From NCBI GenBank assembly GCA_946965045.2, contig OX337234.1, positions 2,108,001 to 2,172,000 on the forward strand: a stretch of 64,000 bases of DNA, in the 5' to 3' direction. Of this stretch, positions 19,101 through 30,160 are shown piece by piece. Made by a program: the position numbers and the translations under genes. Positions within the stretch are counted from its first letter, which is position 1. Every line of letters starts with the position of its first letter. The notes below the pieces were generated by a model that ran no database searches, was not told the origin of the DNA, and saw nothing but the letters and a program-made list of their open reading frames with translations. Origin of the DNA: Epithemia pelagica (taxonomy: Eukaryota; Protista; Bacillariophyta).

Positions 19101-22100
19101 TGTGGGCAAGAAAATCGCGCTTCAATGGGAAACTGGAGTTTCTTTTGATGCCCAGGTTGAGAAGTTTGACGAAAGAACAGGAATGCATGTCATTCGATAC
19201 AACCCCGTCCAAGTAGCCACTGTGAACTCGGGACACCAACAAGTTCGTCCAGAAGACATCGAGAAACTCCCGCCATCGCTGCCTGACGAATTTATTCTCG
19301 CCGAAGGACGTCCAGGCAAAGAGACAGGAATTTATGAATTAGTTCATGAAAATAGTGGTCAAGGAAAGGCGGAAGAACAGAAAGCAGGTGGAGAAGAATC
19401 AGTGACTGAAGGTGAAATAAAAGAAAGCGAAGACGAAGCTGCTTCTCGACATTTGCTTGAAGAGGTCCAACGTACATTCATCTATCTTGCCGAAGGATCC
19501 AAAGGACGCTGTTTTGACCCACGGGCACTCGTTGAAGCATGTGCTTGTCTGAAACTAGAGTTCGATGTTTGGCAACAGAACGATGCTTCGGAATTTGTAA
19601 CAAAGCTGCTCGATCGCTTGGAAGCATCGTTGAAGAAATGGGCTCCAGATAGTTTCAAGTATCTTGACCACACGTTTGGTCTGAAGGTAACACGACAGAA
19701 AATCTGTAAGGAATGTGGGCTAAAGACGAACAAGGAGGAAAAGCAGATAAACGTCGATTGCCAGATTCGGGGAAAGACAGATATTCTTGAGGCACTTGCT
19801 GCCATGACGGAAGCGGACGTAATGGAGGGAAGCAACAAAGTATACTGCGATCGGTGCAAAAGAAAGACCGATACGATTTTGCGAACAGCCGTGTCTACAT
19901 TGCCCAATGTGCTTGTTTTGTCTCTGAAGCGCTTTGATCTTGACTTCAATACATTCGAAACAGTGAAACTGAATAGTCGTTGTGCGTTTAGTCAAACTCT
20001 GAATATGAAGCCATACACGATTGAAGGTATCGAAGCCGTAGATGCGGCACAAAAAGTGGACAATGGTGGTGATCCGTCTCCAATGGATACAGAGAACAGC
20101 GATACAGACCCCTTGTCTGCGTTACCAGATGAAGACTACGAATACAAACTTGTGGGTGTTTTGGTTCACGCGGGTGTTGCTCAGGGTGGACATTATTACA
20201 GTTTCATTCGTGACCGCAGTCCCGATGCCGAGGAGAAATGGTACCGCTTTGATGATGAAGATGTATCTGTTTTTAATTCAGCAGCCATCGAAACTGAATG
20301 CTTTGGAGGTAAGGTGAAAAAGGAGACTAAATGGCCAAATGGACAAGTACATACCGTTGAGCAAGAACAGTTTGCAAACGCTTTGATGCTTTTCTATGAA
20401 AAAGTGACCCCATCTTCTGTTCCAGAAGGTGAGACATCGGAAAAAGAAGACAACATGAAAGATGTTTCAATTTCAGATGGTTTCGAGACATTCAAAGCTG
20501 ATGTCCATCAAACGAATTCAACACATAAGCTCCAATCGTTTCTTTTCGATTCGGAGTGCCAGGCATTCATCAAAGGACTACTTGGAGTGTGTCGTAGCAG
20601 TGGATCTGAGGATGCCTCGACTACGAGTCATGTATGGCGGAAATCGCTGCTGCAGACCGTGATTGCATACTTCTTCGATATCTTTCTTTACTCTGCTGAG
20701 AGGCCCGCTCTCTCTGAATGGTCGAACACTCTGCAGGAAGTATTGATTAAGGACAAGGACGCTTCCCTAGAATTCATCAGGACCCTAGCAAAGAAGACTT
20801 CAGAAGTGAGTGGGAATTGGTTTCGAACATATCTACTAGATTGCCCAGACAAAGCTTCCAGGGAAGCTGCGGAGAAAGTCTTCAGTTCCGCAGCAGTGTC
20901 GTGCGCATACATCGAGTCGGAGTTGAAACTTCTCAACAGGTGGGGTGATGCTTTTGAAAGTATTGTGAAGGAGATTCTAGAGATCCAACAAGAGCGCAAG
21001 GAGGTACGCGAGTGCCCTTCACGTCTCACTGGGGAGTCGAGCATCCTTGAAGTTGTATCAAGGGTGGACTCGGGGGAGTCGTCCTCTCTTGGTATTTTGC
21101 TTTCTTGCGTCAACGAACTGATCGATGCCATACCTCGCTGCTGGCGATTTAGCGCCGAACCATGTTCGTTCGTCCGAAGTCTGGCCAGTGCTCGGGTCAA
21201 TGGTACTTATGTATTCCGGGTGCCTCTAATCCAAGGGACTCTTCCACCACGCATCATCGCCCTCGCCATCCGAGACCGCTCCCCGAGATTTTTCCAGTTC
21301 GTGTTTCCTGGAGCATCATGCCCAGGCGACGTTGCAAACACACAAACTCGCGCCGAGTCAAGCACATCCAGTCAGGTAATGCCGATTGGCTCTGGTCAGG
21401 TTGTATCAAATGATTTGAAAAATACACGTGGCCCTGGTCATTTGGATTATTTAATACTGTTCGAGGCCCTCGCATGTATTTCAGGAATCCCTGGGATTCT
21501 TCATGTTCCATTGTTTTACGACGCTGAGGATTCAGGCCATGCTTTGGACCGTGTTTGTCTGACAGACGAAGCGATCAACGCTCTCACAACAGTCTTTAAC
21601 GAGAGCTGTGCAGCGGGTGCCCCAGGTATGGGACAAAGGGAGATTGATTCCTATCTTCGAAAGTCGGGGGTTGACGCCTCATCGGTGTCTCCTCAAAAGA
21701 TTGCTGACCTTATGACAAAATACCCAACTGTTGCTCCCCCAGCAGGCTCACCGAACCGCGAAACTTCATTTTTGAGTATTGAAGGGTTCCTCTCCTACTA
21801 CAAGGACACCATTCAATCAAATGAAGGTAAAGTCCAGCTGGACCTTCATGCCTTTGGTTTCCGACCGGATTTATCACGCCGGTCGCACAACGCACGAGTG
21901 TTTATGTTCAATGAACGAGAAAATGACAGGAAACCAGCAGAGAGCGTTGCTGTGGACGTCGCCGAGTCTTTGGAAGGGCCCATAAATCTTGGTACTCTTG
22001 CCAACCATGCTATATCGAGCAGTCCCCATTTGTATGCACTGGCGTACGATGTTAGCGAACCGCTTGGTGAATACCTAGTTGCTGCCTCCGTGTTCAAACG

Positions 22101-23127
22101 CGACCCAGAGGCACTCATTACTCAGCTACTGCTTACAATTCATCGCACACCGAACGACTGGGGTGGCAACTTGTCAGTGAATACGGCCACCCGCGCCCTT
22201 TCTGTGATCGTTTCGGTTCCTGACGAGCACCAAAATGCCAGGATCGCGTTGATAATGCATAACACTCATCCCGTGGCGCGGAGTGCTGAGTATGGTGCTG
22301 GCCTTCTCCATGTACTGAGAGTGTATCAGCGAGGTCGACAGACGCAACACTACACCAGCGATTTTCACTGGGGATTCGAACGATACTTGGGTGTTCTGAA
22401 GGACCTCAGACGAATTTACCCGGTATATTTGTGGATGAACGATAATAGAGAGAAATGGAGCTTTGTCGAACGTGAGATCATCGACAACCGTGCTTCAGGG
22501 CAGTACCAGTCTCAGCAACAACGAGGCGACTATGGCCAGAGAGAAACAGATGGACATTTGTCCTACCCCGTAGATAGCCTTCCTGCGGATCACCAATCGA
22601 ACACTGATTCTGACATGGCTAATCCCCATGAATCCGAATACGATGACGAAGACTCACAGTGTGACAATGTTGATAACTATGGGCAGCGTCAGACCAACAC
22701 GGGGCCGTATCAAATTGTGATTGAAAATGCTGGCGCTCCGGACGTGAATGGTACATACAACCAGGATGGATATTTCGAGGGAGCCTGCAAATACAGCAGG
22801 GTCGGTCGATGGAAAAATGGAAACTACAGATTCTACATTTTCCAGTGCAATGTTAGCAACAATACCCGGCACTGGTACATTTCGATTGTGCCTTCTGGTG
22901 GGAGCCCAGGAACGAGTGCAGACATTGACTTTTATACATCATCTGTGAATACAGACTGTTCGACTGTACCTCCATTAAAAAGTTGGTCAAAAGGTCCTGA
23001 AGGAATCGAACCTCCTCCCGTGCTTCGGTTTGTGAACCGCCCCGCTGTCGAAGAAAACGACCCATCTTGGGTTATCAGTGGCGACGGTGACGAGAACTTG
23101 GAAGACCCCCAGCAACGCTATGTTTAA
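13160..23127 (+). CDS. Very large ubiquitin-specific protease (peptidase C19, USP9/USP24/USP34-like), spliced at the 5' end
   Basis: 3152-codon main exon with Cys box GLRNQGCTCYMNSALQQL, QQNDASEF, LKRFD, His box HAGVAQGGHYYSFIR and WYRFDD. Probable exon 1 is 13160-13349 (donor GTAAGT); the small exons before 13670 were not resolved. Confidence 0.93.
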
Positions 23128-23358
23128 GCATTGGCTACTCTCATAACCTCTGGCTATACAGCTGTAGAATGAGTATCACTATCTTTTTCTTCATACCATG
23201 AGTCATGGAGTCTTCGCTTAGATTTACAGTTTAGTTGATAAAGCAGGGCGCCTTAATGAACTTCTCTAATATGCACCTTAGTGGAGTTTGAGGACCATAC
23301 AACGGATCTTTAATGGAACACACTATATATTTTCGTGTTCGATTCCCCTTTTATCTCA

Positions 23359-24720
23359 TCATTTCGCATCCTCGATCAATCTCTGGGCCTGCAATTTCTC
23401 AAACATTTGCTCAATAAAATCGAGATAATATTTTTTGTCAAAGGAACCTCGAAAGAAATTGCAGCTTAGATTGACCTCCAAAAGACAGACTGGTCTTTTC
23501 CGATCAGCCGACAAAACGACATCCCAACCAGCAAACGGAACTGAGGGACACATATCATAATGCGCTTGTTCGACGAGACGGACAATTCCCTCTATATCGG
23601 GAACGTAATTACCGGACACGGCAATGCCATTGCCATCTGGATGGGTCTGATAGTCACGACTTTCCCGCGATCTCCAGGGGCAAGTGAGCAGAGCTCCCAG
23701 TCCCAGTTGATACCAATTGGCATTGGTGGTCCCTCTTCGAATGAGGCCCGACTGAACGTCCACGTCAAACAAGACGGAATCGTGATCGGTTGCGGCTCCT
23801 TTTCGACCGGCCCGAAAGACGCAAGACAAGGCCTTGATGCACGACGACCGGTCTGGCAATTCCCCCTTGGCACCATTCTCCATGACATGGACCTTGCTGC
23901 AGGTAATGAATCGAAAGGTCGAAAGAGGTGCATTGGGTGGCAAGAGAGACGCCACCCACTCGGAATTCTCAATTCGTTCTTGCAGAATCCAATCGCCTCC
24001 TTCGGTGGCATTTTTGTAGAAAAAGATTCCCATACCCCCCTCTTCATTCCGATGCTTGACGACAATCGCAGGCAAGTCCATGTAGGGTGAGACTGGTACT
24101 CCTCGCTTGTTGCCCTCTTTGAGAAAGGTCCATTTATTTTCCATTTCGTAATCCTTGTCCGTCTCGGGAGCTGTCAGCAAGGAATGCAGTCCAACGACAT
24201 TGCAGTTGAGACGCCAGTAGCAAAACCAATCGTCCGGTGCCAAGAGTCGTCGTGCGTATTCCTCATTCAATCGTTTGGCGACAGCGGAGGGTGCCAAACT
24301 TCCCGTGGTCAAGGCATAATGACACGCCGCGATCCAGCTCACAGTGGGATAGACGGTCAACAAATAGGGGAGGGCAATCCATCGCGAAGTGGCCATCCAA
24401 CTGAGAGGAATGCCTGTTCCTGGAATGGCAACATTCCGTAAATTGTCCACCAAATCGTCTCGATAACTGGGCTTGCGATAATGGGGACGATTGTACAAAT
24501 AAAAGTTGGACGCCAAACTAAACAAGTGAACCCGAGTGTGTTGTTTAAACAGGATTGTGGCAGGTGAATCCGCAGGATGGATGGGCAAAAATCCAGTAGC
24601 CTTTCCTTGACTTTCGTACGGACCGGACCTTCCCTTGCCCCAAAGGTAATAAAAGAATCCTCGGTAAAAGGTGGTCGTATTTTTGACCCAAGACGTTGGT
24701 ATGGACAAGACTTGGCCCAT
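23359..24720 (-). CDS. ATP-grasp ligase (sugar-transfer-associated / alpha-L-glutamate ligase-related type)
   Basis: K(H)..EEGGMG, WILQERIEN, STFRFIT, FRAGR...TDH, THPD, GWDVVL and LLEVN pattern. First ATG at 24720 gives MGQVLS. Confidence 0.7.
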   Translation of the reverse strand: MGQVLSIPTSWVKNTTTFYRGFFYYLWGKGRSGPYESQGKATGFLPIHPADSPATILFKQHTRVHLFSLASNFYLYNRPHYRKPSYRDDLVDNLRNVAIPGTGIPLSWMATSRWIALPYLLTVYPTVSWIAACHYALTTGSLAPSAVAKRLNEEYARRLLAPDDWFCYWRLNCNVVGLHSLLTAPETDKDYEMENKWTFLKEGNKRGVPVSPYMDLPAIVVKHRNEEGGMGIFFYKNATEGGDWILQERIENSEWVASLLPPNAPLSTFRFITCSKVHVMENGAKGELPDRSSCIKALSCVFRAGRKGAATDHDSVLFDVDVQSGLIRRGTTNANWYQLGLGALLTCPWRSRESRDYQTHPDGNGIAVSGNYVPDIEGIVRLVEQAHYDMCPSVPFAGWDVVLSADRKRPVCLLEVNLSCNFFRGSFDKKYYLDFIEQMFEKLQAQRLIEDAK

Positions 24721-25119
24721 GATGTGCTGAATTGAATTATAAGCCACTAAACTTGCCTCCCTCAGCGCAACAACTCTTCGTTTTGTGAGTGTGCGATCGA
24801 TACAGTTTCGAGTGCGCTTTCCCGAGATCAGCTCTGATTGACTTTATCTTACAGCGTGGCCAAAATGGGAATGGGAGATGAATCTCATCTGTTGTGCGAA
24901 CACACAGTGATGGCAGGAACGTCATCAAAGATACTCGAACGCAAACGCAGGGCAAAAACAAAAGGGCAGGGCGGCAAATGAATGGGCCACATTACTATTA
25001 CCCCCTAGCGGAAAATCGTCATGAGGATTTGTGACCAGAATTTGATGAGCATTGAGTAAAAGTTTGCACACCAAAAGCACGACACACATGCGACCCGACC
25101 ACTCAACTCTTCTTGGGGG

Positions 25120-25735
25120 TAAGGGCTGGGGATACCGATCCATGTACATCTAAGTAGGCTCAGTACATTAACCTACGTAGTACTTTTTGCGTCTGTGTAA
25201 CAAGTGGGGCGGATTGTCACACTCCCGAAAACTTGCGTCCACGAGAAACAATGCAATCCGGAAGCCATCACTCGACAATGGTCGAGGCCATCACCCCCAT
25301 GGCAATAACTTCCTGGATAATTGGGCTTGACTGAATCACTTCTAGAATAAGACTCTTTACTACTAGATCAACTATGCTTTCAATTTGATTCAGGCACCCT
25401 TGAAAAATGAATGAGTTAGGAAGGTCGTTGGACTACAGCACCACAGAAAAATGAGTATACCTTTTGATCCAACGCGACAAATCTTCTGCAGCTGCAGAAC
25501 ACAGTAATACTAGCAAATTCAAACAACTTACAGTAGTCGGATGTTGATGCGATGCATGGGTAAATGCATGCGGCATCACCGGATCTCGCCGTCATCGTGG
25601 AGTGTTTTTGCATTTTTTGGACTTCCGACCATTTCTGGGGTGACGTGTACTATGGGATTTTATGTACTCTACGTAGCTTTTGTACGGAGCCTACTTAGAT
25701 GTACATGGATCGGTATCCCCAATCCCCAGCCCTTA
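25120..25735. mobile_element. MITE-like non-autonomous TIR element
   Basis: Left arm TAAGGGCTGGGGATACCGATCCATGTACATCTAAGTAGGCTC (25120-25161) is the reverse complement of 25687-25735, apart from a 7-bp AATCCCC duplication. Weaker pairing continues inward, and the interior is non-coding. Confidence 0.65.
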
Positions 25736-26642
25736 ACATTATTATCCGTATTTGGTAGGGGAGCCATCGCGCCAGCGGACCATCATATCTCGCGAGCGCG
25801 AAGCGCGAAGCCATCCGCGTTTGCTCTCCATTTGCAGGAGTAACCTCAGGTAGTAAATGATCGATGCTTGACGGCACAACATCTCTTGGCACGAGTTGTT
25901 TACGTCCCAAGGCCGCTGTTTGACAAGATCTGATATCTGATAGCGTTGTGTTGTCGAACACGTCTTTCCCTCAAAGCCAACGGTGACTGTTGTGTCGAAT
26001 GAATATGCGCTTCACTGGACCAATCCAGCTTCGTCATAGACACATGTATTCTTGAATCCAAGAAAAGCTACTGTGCCCTTTTCAATAATAGAGCGTTTTG
26101 GTGCTTCTCGGCCTCTGAATGAAAGTCCCATTGCTAGTAGTTGAGGCCCTCATAGTCCATCCGTAGCAAAATTGGTCGTGTCAGTCGATCGGTATTAAAA
26201 ACAGTGACTCAACTACTACTGTCCAGGGTCCAGGGGCAATCGTTGGAACTTCAACTCCGCCATTCCCCGTTCCCCTATTTCCGATCAACTCTTAGAGATC
26301 TTACCAACCGAATAGGTAACATTCAGTCGGAGACGCGACGGTGTACATTGCGTGCGAGTGAAAGATAAAAATTCAAGCGTTCTAATGAATTCATTACTAT
26401 TAACAATATATTAACATTATTAACTATCAGACGCTGGGAATCAAGACAGCGCAGTCGCACACACCGATTTTCGATTTTTATCTTTTGTCCTTTGTCCATT
26501 GGCAACAACAGAAGATTGAACCGCAAGACATTCACATGACGTAGTACATGTACGATCGCAAATTACAAGGACGCCAACCTTCCTGTATTATTTCTGGATT
26601 AACAAAGCGACTCCACCACCGCCATGAATCCACAGTTTTGGC

Positions 26643-28031
26643 ATGGTCATGGCGCAAAGCTTTCGAGACCAGCTTGTGAACCAACTTGCCCCTTTGGAAG
26701 AAGAAGATCATGGAGCCACACCAGAAGATCCTTCAGAGATTAGCATCACAAGCCATAATGATGACAATGGAACCGCAGTACCACCGCCCACCACAGTGTG
26801 TTTGGTGGCTTTGTTATCATGTGACGTACATGGCAGTGACATTCAGTTCTTGGTGACACAACTGGAACGACAACGACCAAGACGAAATATTTCCTTGATG
26901 TTGGAATTTGTCGGATGCCGCTTTGTGGAGGGAGTATCCAGCCATCTTGCGAATCTATTATATCGGCGATATGACAGTCAGGTTCGTGTCCACGCACCCA
27001 TTCGATCCATTGTGGTGCACGGTCTCAATCTGGTCTGCTTTGGAAGCAGTGCCACCATGATAAATCTTCTTGTCGGCAATGTCTATCCCAACTTTCCCAC
27101 ACTCTTGGCCATGCCTAAGAGCAGCACGCTTGCTACACTCCAAATTTCCTGGTTGGGAATTCCATTGATCACTCCCCTGACATTGCTGGTACAAGGTCTC
27201 AGAAGCAATGCTTCTCATTGCATACAAACGTTTCGACTCATGATTCGCCGATGTCAATTGCCGCCATCGAGAGAGACAATTCTTGGTTTGCTCGGCGAGC
27301 TGGTCCGGTCCATGTCTCGATCCAAGACAAGTTTCGAGTTGGTCTTATCATGTATGCCTAATCTCTTTGCATACGAGGAGGATTTTATCGATCCTATTGA
27401 TGGTCCATTAGTCAGTCCGGGTTCCGGGTTTGTCGAAGCATGTCACGACTTTCCACCCCGTTCGGGTCTAGCCCTTCGCAATGTTGGTGTTTCGGAGCAG
27501 ATTGCGACCAATCTGTGTCGGGCGCTGGTCAAGCCATGGCACGCTCCTAGATCTCTCATGTTTCTTCACATTTCGGGACGAGGATTTGTGGGAAGAACCA
27601 TGCTGAATCAACTCCTGGAGAGTTTGGTGTTTGCAGGCAATATTCACTGGAATTGGATTCTCAAGGACAAGTCTCCCACTCTGGGACCTATACTGTATAC
27701 CAACCACAAGTACTGGAAGGAGCGGTTGTTTGCAGCTCTCTCACGCAACCGATACCATCTTCCTTGGCTCAAATTTGTCTTTGGGAGCTACCGATTTGCC
27801 AAACACTCCAAGATGGATCGAAACCGGTTGATATGCATTCAACAATCCATTCATGACTTACATTTGCGTCTGGCACTGGCCCAACGTGTGTTGGCCCGTG
27901 CTCCGTGGCTGTTCCATGACAGTCATGCTGATAGGGGTGGCCTACTAGCCCACATTTTGGCAAAATTGGGCGATGCTCCTTGTGGTCGACATGCCGTCTA
28001 CCTGCTGCTAGTCAATCTGCGATATTCCTAA
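26643..28031 (+). CDS. Hypothetical protein, probably from a diatom-expanded RNI/LRR-like family
   Basis: 462-aa uninterrupted ORF from ATG with Leu-rich helical segments and a C-terminal LLAHILAKL...AVYLLL ending of the kind seen in such families; no catalytic motif recognised. Confidence 0.6.
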   Translation: MVMAQSFRDQLVNQLAPLEEEDHGATPEDPSEISITSHNDDNGTAVPPPTTVCLVALLSCDVHGSDIQFLVTQLERQRPRRNISLMLEFVGCRFVEGVSSHLANLLYRRYDSQVRVHAPIRSIVVHGLNLVCFGSSATMINLLVGNVYPNFPTLLAMPKSSTLATLQISWLGIPLITPLTLLVQGLRSNASHCIQTFRLMIRRCQLPPSRETILGLLGELVRSMSRSKTSFELVLSCMPNLFAYEEDFIDPIDGPLVSPGSGFVEACHDFPPRSGLALRNVGVSEQIATNLCRALVKPWHAPRSLMFLHISGRGFVGRTMLNQLLESLVFAGNIHWNWILKDKSPTLGPILYTNHKYWKERLFAALSRNRYHLPWLKFVFGSYRFAKHSKMDRNRLICIQQSIHDLHLRLALAQRVLARAPWLFHDSHADRGGLLAHILAKLGDAPCGRHAVYLLLVNLRYS

Positions 28032-28254
28032 AACTGTAGATACACTCTCACTTGCACAATGTGGTCACGCAAAATGAAAAAGAATTTAAAGAAGGGGAAT
28101 AAAGACTACCAGACGACTTCTCATTGCCCAAAAAAGCGTCTCGGAGGCAATGTTCCTGGCTTTCGTTCGTCTACACTTCAAACAGGATCTGAGGGTAGAT
28201 CCAGTGACCACAAACTTTTGTCCGAGTCCATTGTTGGTGTAGTGGTTTTGTCTC

Positions 28255-29442
28255 TTACCCAAAATTGTTGATCAATTCTTCTCTCAAATCTAGCGTATTT
28301 TTGGTAAAGGCCGCAATGCCTTCCTCCAGCTTGTCCTTACCACAGGGATCGGTATCCCAATAGGCAGAATACATGGCTTGATCCAACACATAATCAGGAT
28401 CGCAGCAGACAGCGGCATCCAAGTCCGAGTCACATTCCTTGACCACCTCACTGCCATCTCGTTCCATGAGCGCTTTCAACAAGGGAGGAGGAATGGTCAT
28501 TTCATCGACACCAGCCAGGGCCAAGATTTCATCCACATCACTTCCTTCGACAGCTGCGCCTCGAGAGGGACGCCAGGAGGCGGGCATGCAAATGGTCTTG
28601 TATCCATATTTGCGCAAATAGGCATACATGCGTTTGACCGACAAGACACCTGGATCCGCTGAAGGATGATACCCCTCCTTACCATTTTTGGACTTGCACC
28701 AATCCAAGACCCGACCTGGAAAGGGAGAAATGAGGTATGCTCCAGCTTGAGCGGCGGCTGCCGCTTGCAAGAAGGAAAAGACGAGAGTGATATTGGTTTC
28801 AATGCCTTCACTTTCCAATTGTCGTGCCGCTTGAATACCCTCCCAAGTGCCGGCCACCTTGATCAAGACCCGACTCTTGTCAATACCCATTTCTTCGTAC
28901 ATGCGAATAATTTGATGCGCCCGTTCAACGGTGCCGGCCGTATCATAACTGAGACGGACATCGACTTCGGTCGAGACACGTCCTGGTACCAATTCCAACA
29001 ATTTGGCACCCAAATTGACGGCCAACTTATCCATGGCAATGTTCAAGTAGGGTTCAAAATCAGGAAGAGGCGAATCTCCTCCGCCCTGTTGTTCCTTGGC
29101 ATACATGACGGCATCGAGAAGCATTTCGGCATACCGTTTGTCCCCGTTGGCTGCAGCTTGTGAGACAAACAAGGGATTGGTCGTGGCGTCGGTGATGAAG
29201 CCACTCTTGGCATATTCTGCCACGACATCCAAATCGCCACTGTCAATCGAAATGGTGGTCATTTTGGACAATTCTTCCAGTGCCGACGCCTTGATTGCAC
29301 CAGTATGACCATGTCGTTGTTGTTGATGTTGTGTCAGGGACAAGATCACTGGAGAAAAGGCCAAGACGTCACATGGTACACTGATGACAGTGGCCAAGGC
29401 CAGCACCTTGACACCTGATTGGAAAAGGGAAAGGTTGACCAT
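28255..29442 (-). CDS. TAL: Transaldolase, probably plastid-targeted
   Basis: DATTNP, GRVSTEVD, RVLIK..TWEGIQAA, NITLVFS and ISPFPGR motifs. N-terminal signal peptide with a VLA-FSP (ASAFAP-like) junction. Confidence 0.93.
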   Translation of the reverse strand: MVNLSLFQSGVKVLALATVISVPCDVLAFSPVILSLTQHQQQRHGHTGAIKASALEELSKMTTISIDSGDLDVVAEYAKSGFITDATTNPLFVSQAAANGDKRYAEMLLDAVMYAKEQQGGGDSPLPDFEPYLNIAMDKLAVNLGAKLLELVPGRVSTEVDVRLSYDTAGTVERAHQIIRMYEEMGIDKSRVLIKVAGTWEGIQAARQLESEGIETNITLVFSFLQAAAAAQAGAYLISPFPGRVLDWCKSKNGKEGYHPSADPGVLSVKRMYAYLRKYGYKTICMPASWRPSRGAAVEGSDVDEILALAGVDEMTIPPPLLKALMERDGSEVVKECDSDLDAAVCCDPDYVLDQAMYSAYWDTDPCGKDKLEEGIAAFTKNTLDLREELINNFG

Positions 29443-30160
29443 CTTTCTATACGATCGTCTATGCGTGGGTATGGATGGACAGTTCTCTGTTGTCTATTGA
29501 GAACCCACAGATACGGTCGACACCTTTGTTTGCAATCAATGGTGTGGTTGTCAAATCAGATTCCGATGGCTTCTATGCCAGATCTCATTAGATCCATGAG
29601 ATACAGGATCGGCAAACACACGTGTGTGTGTTGTGTGTGTGTGTTGCAACGTGAAGTGGGAGATTCGCGGTATCTTTTTTCATACCGCGTTTTGAACTAT
29701 AGCTCATAGTGTACCAGTTTAGATTGAATGAGAACTCGAGAAGGGGTGATGCCATTGGATGATCTCACATTCGTCAGTCATCTGTCATCGACATCCCGGC
29801 ATGGAATCTATCTGCGACCAAAGTCCAAACGTGCATGATGTCAGATGCATTCTCCCACAATAACTTACTCCTACAAAATATCAATAACAAGTTCAAAGCT
29901 GACCACGTATCACCACAAAGGACAAAGGAGCATCTGGGAAGCGTACAACAACAACCATGCATGAAGCAAACAACTTGACGGGAAGAAACCCTGCTTTTGA
30001 TATCTACCGCGGAACGAGAACGCAGTTGCTTCCTGTCCACGTTTGGGGAGAGTGCTACTCACGTCTGTCCGAACCATGAAGCGAGCAAATCTCCTCTCAT
30101 TCGATACAGCCATTTCTTGGGTCGACAACAATTCCATTGCCACAGTATAAACAATCCTTC

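Noticed and set aside
26361-26485. 12-bp inverted repeat AAAGATAAAAAT with an AT-rich interior
   Set aside because: It is short and low-complexity, with no TSD or further support.
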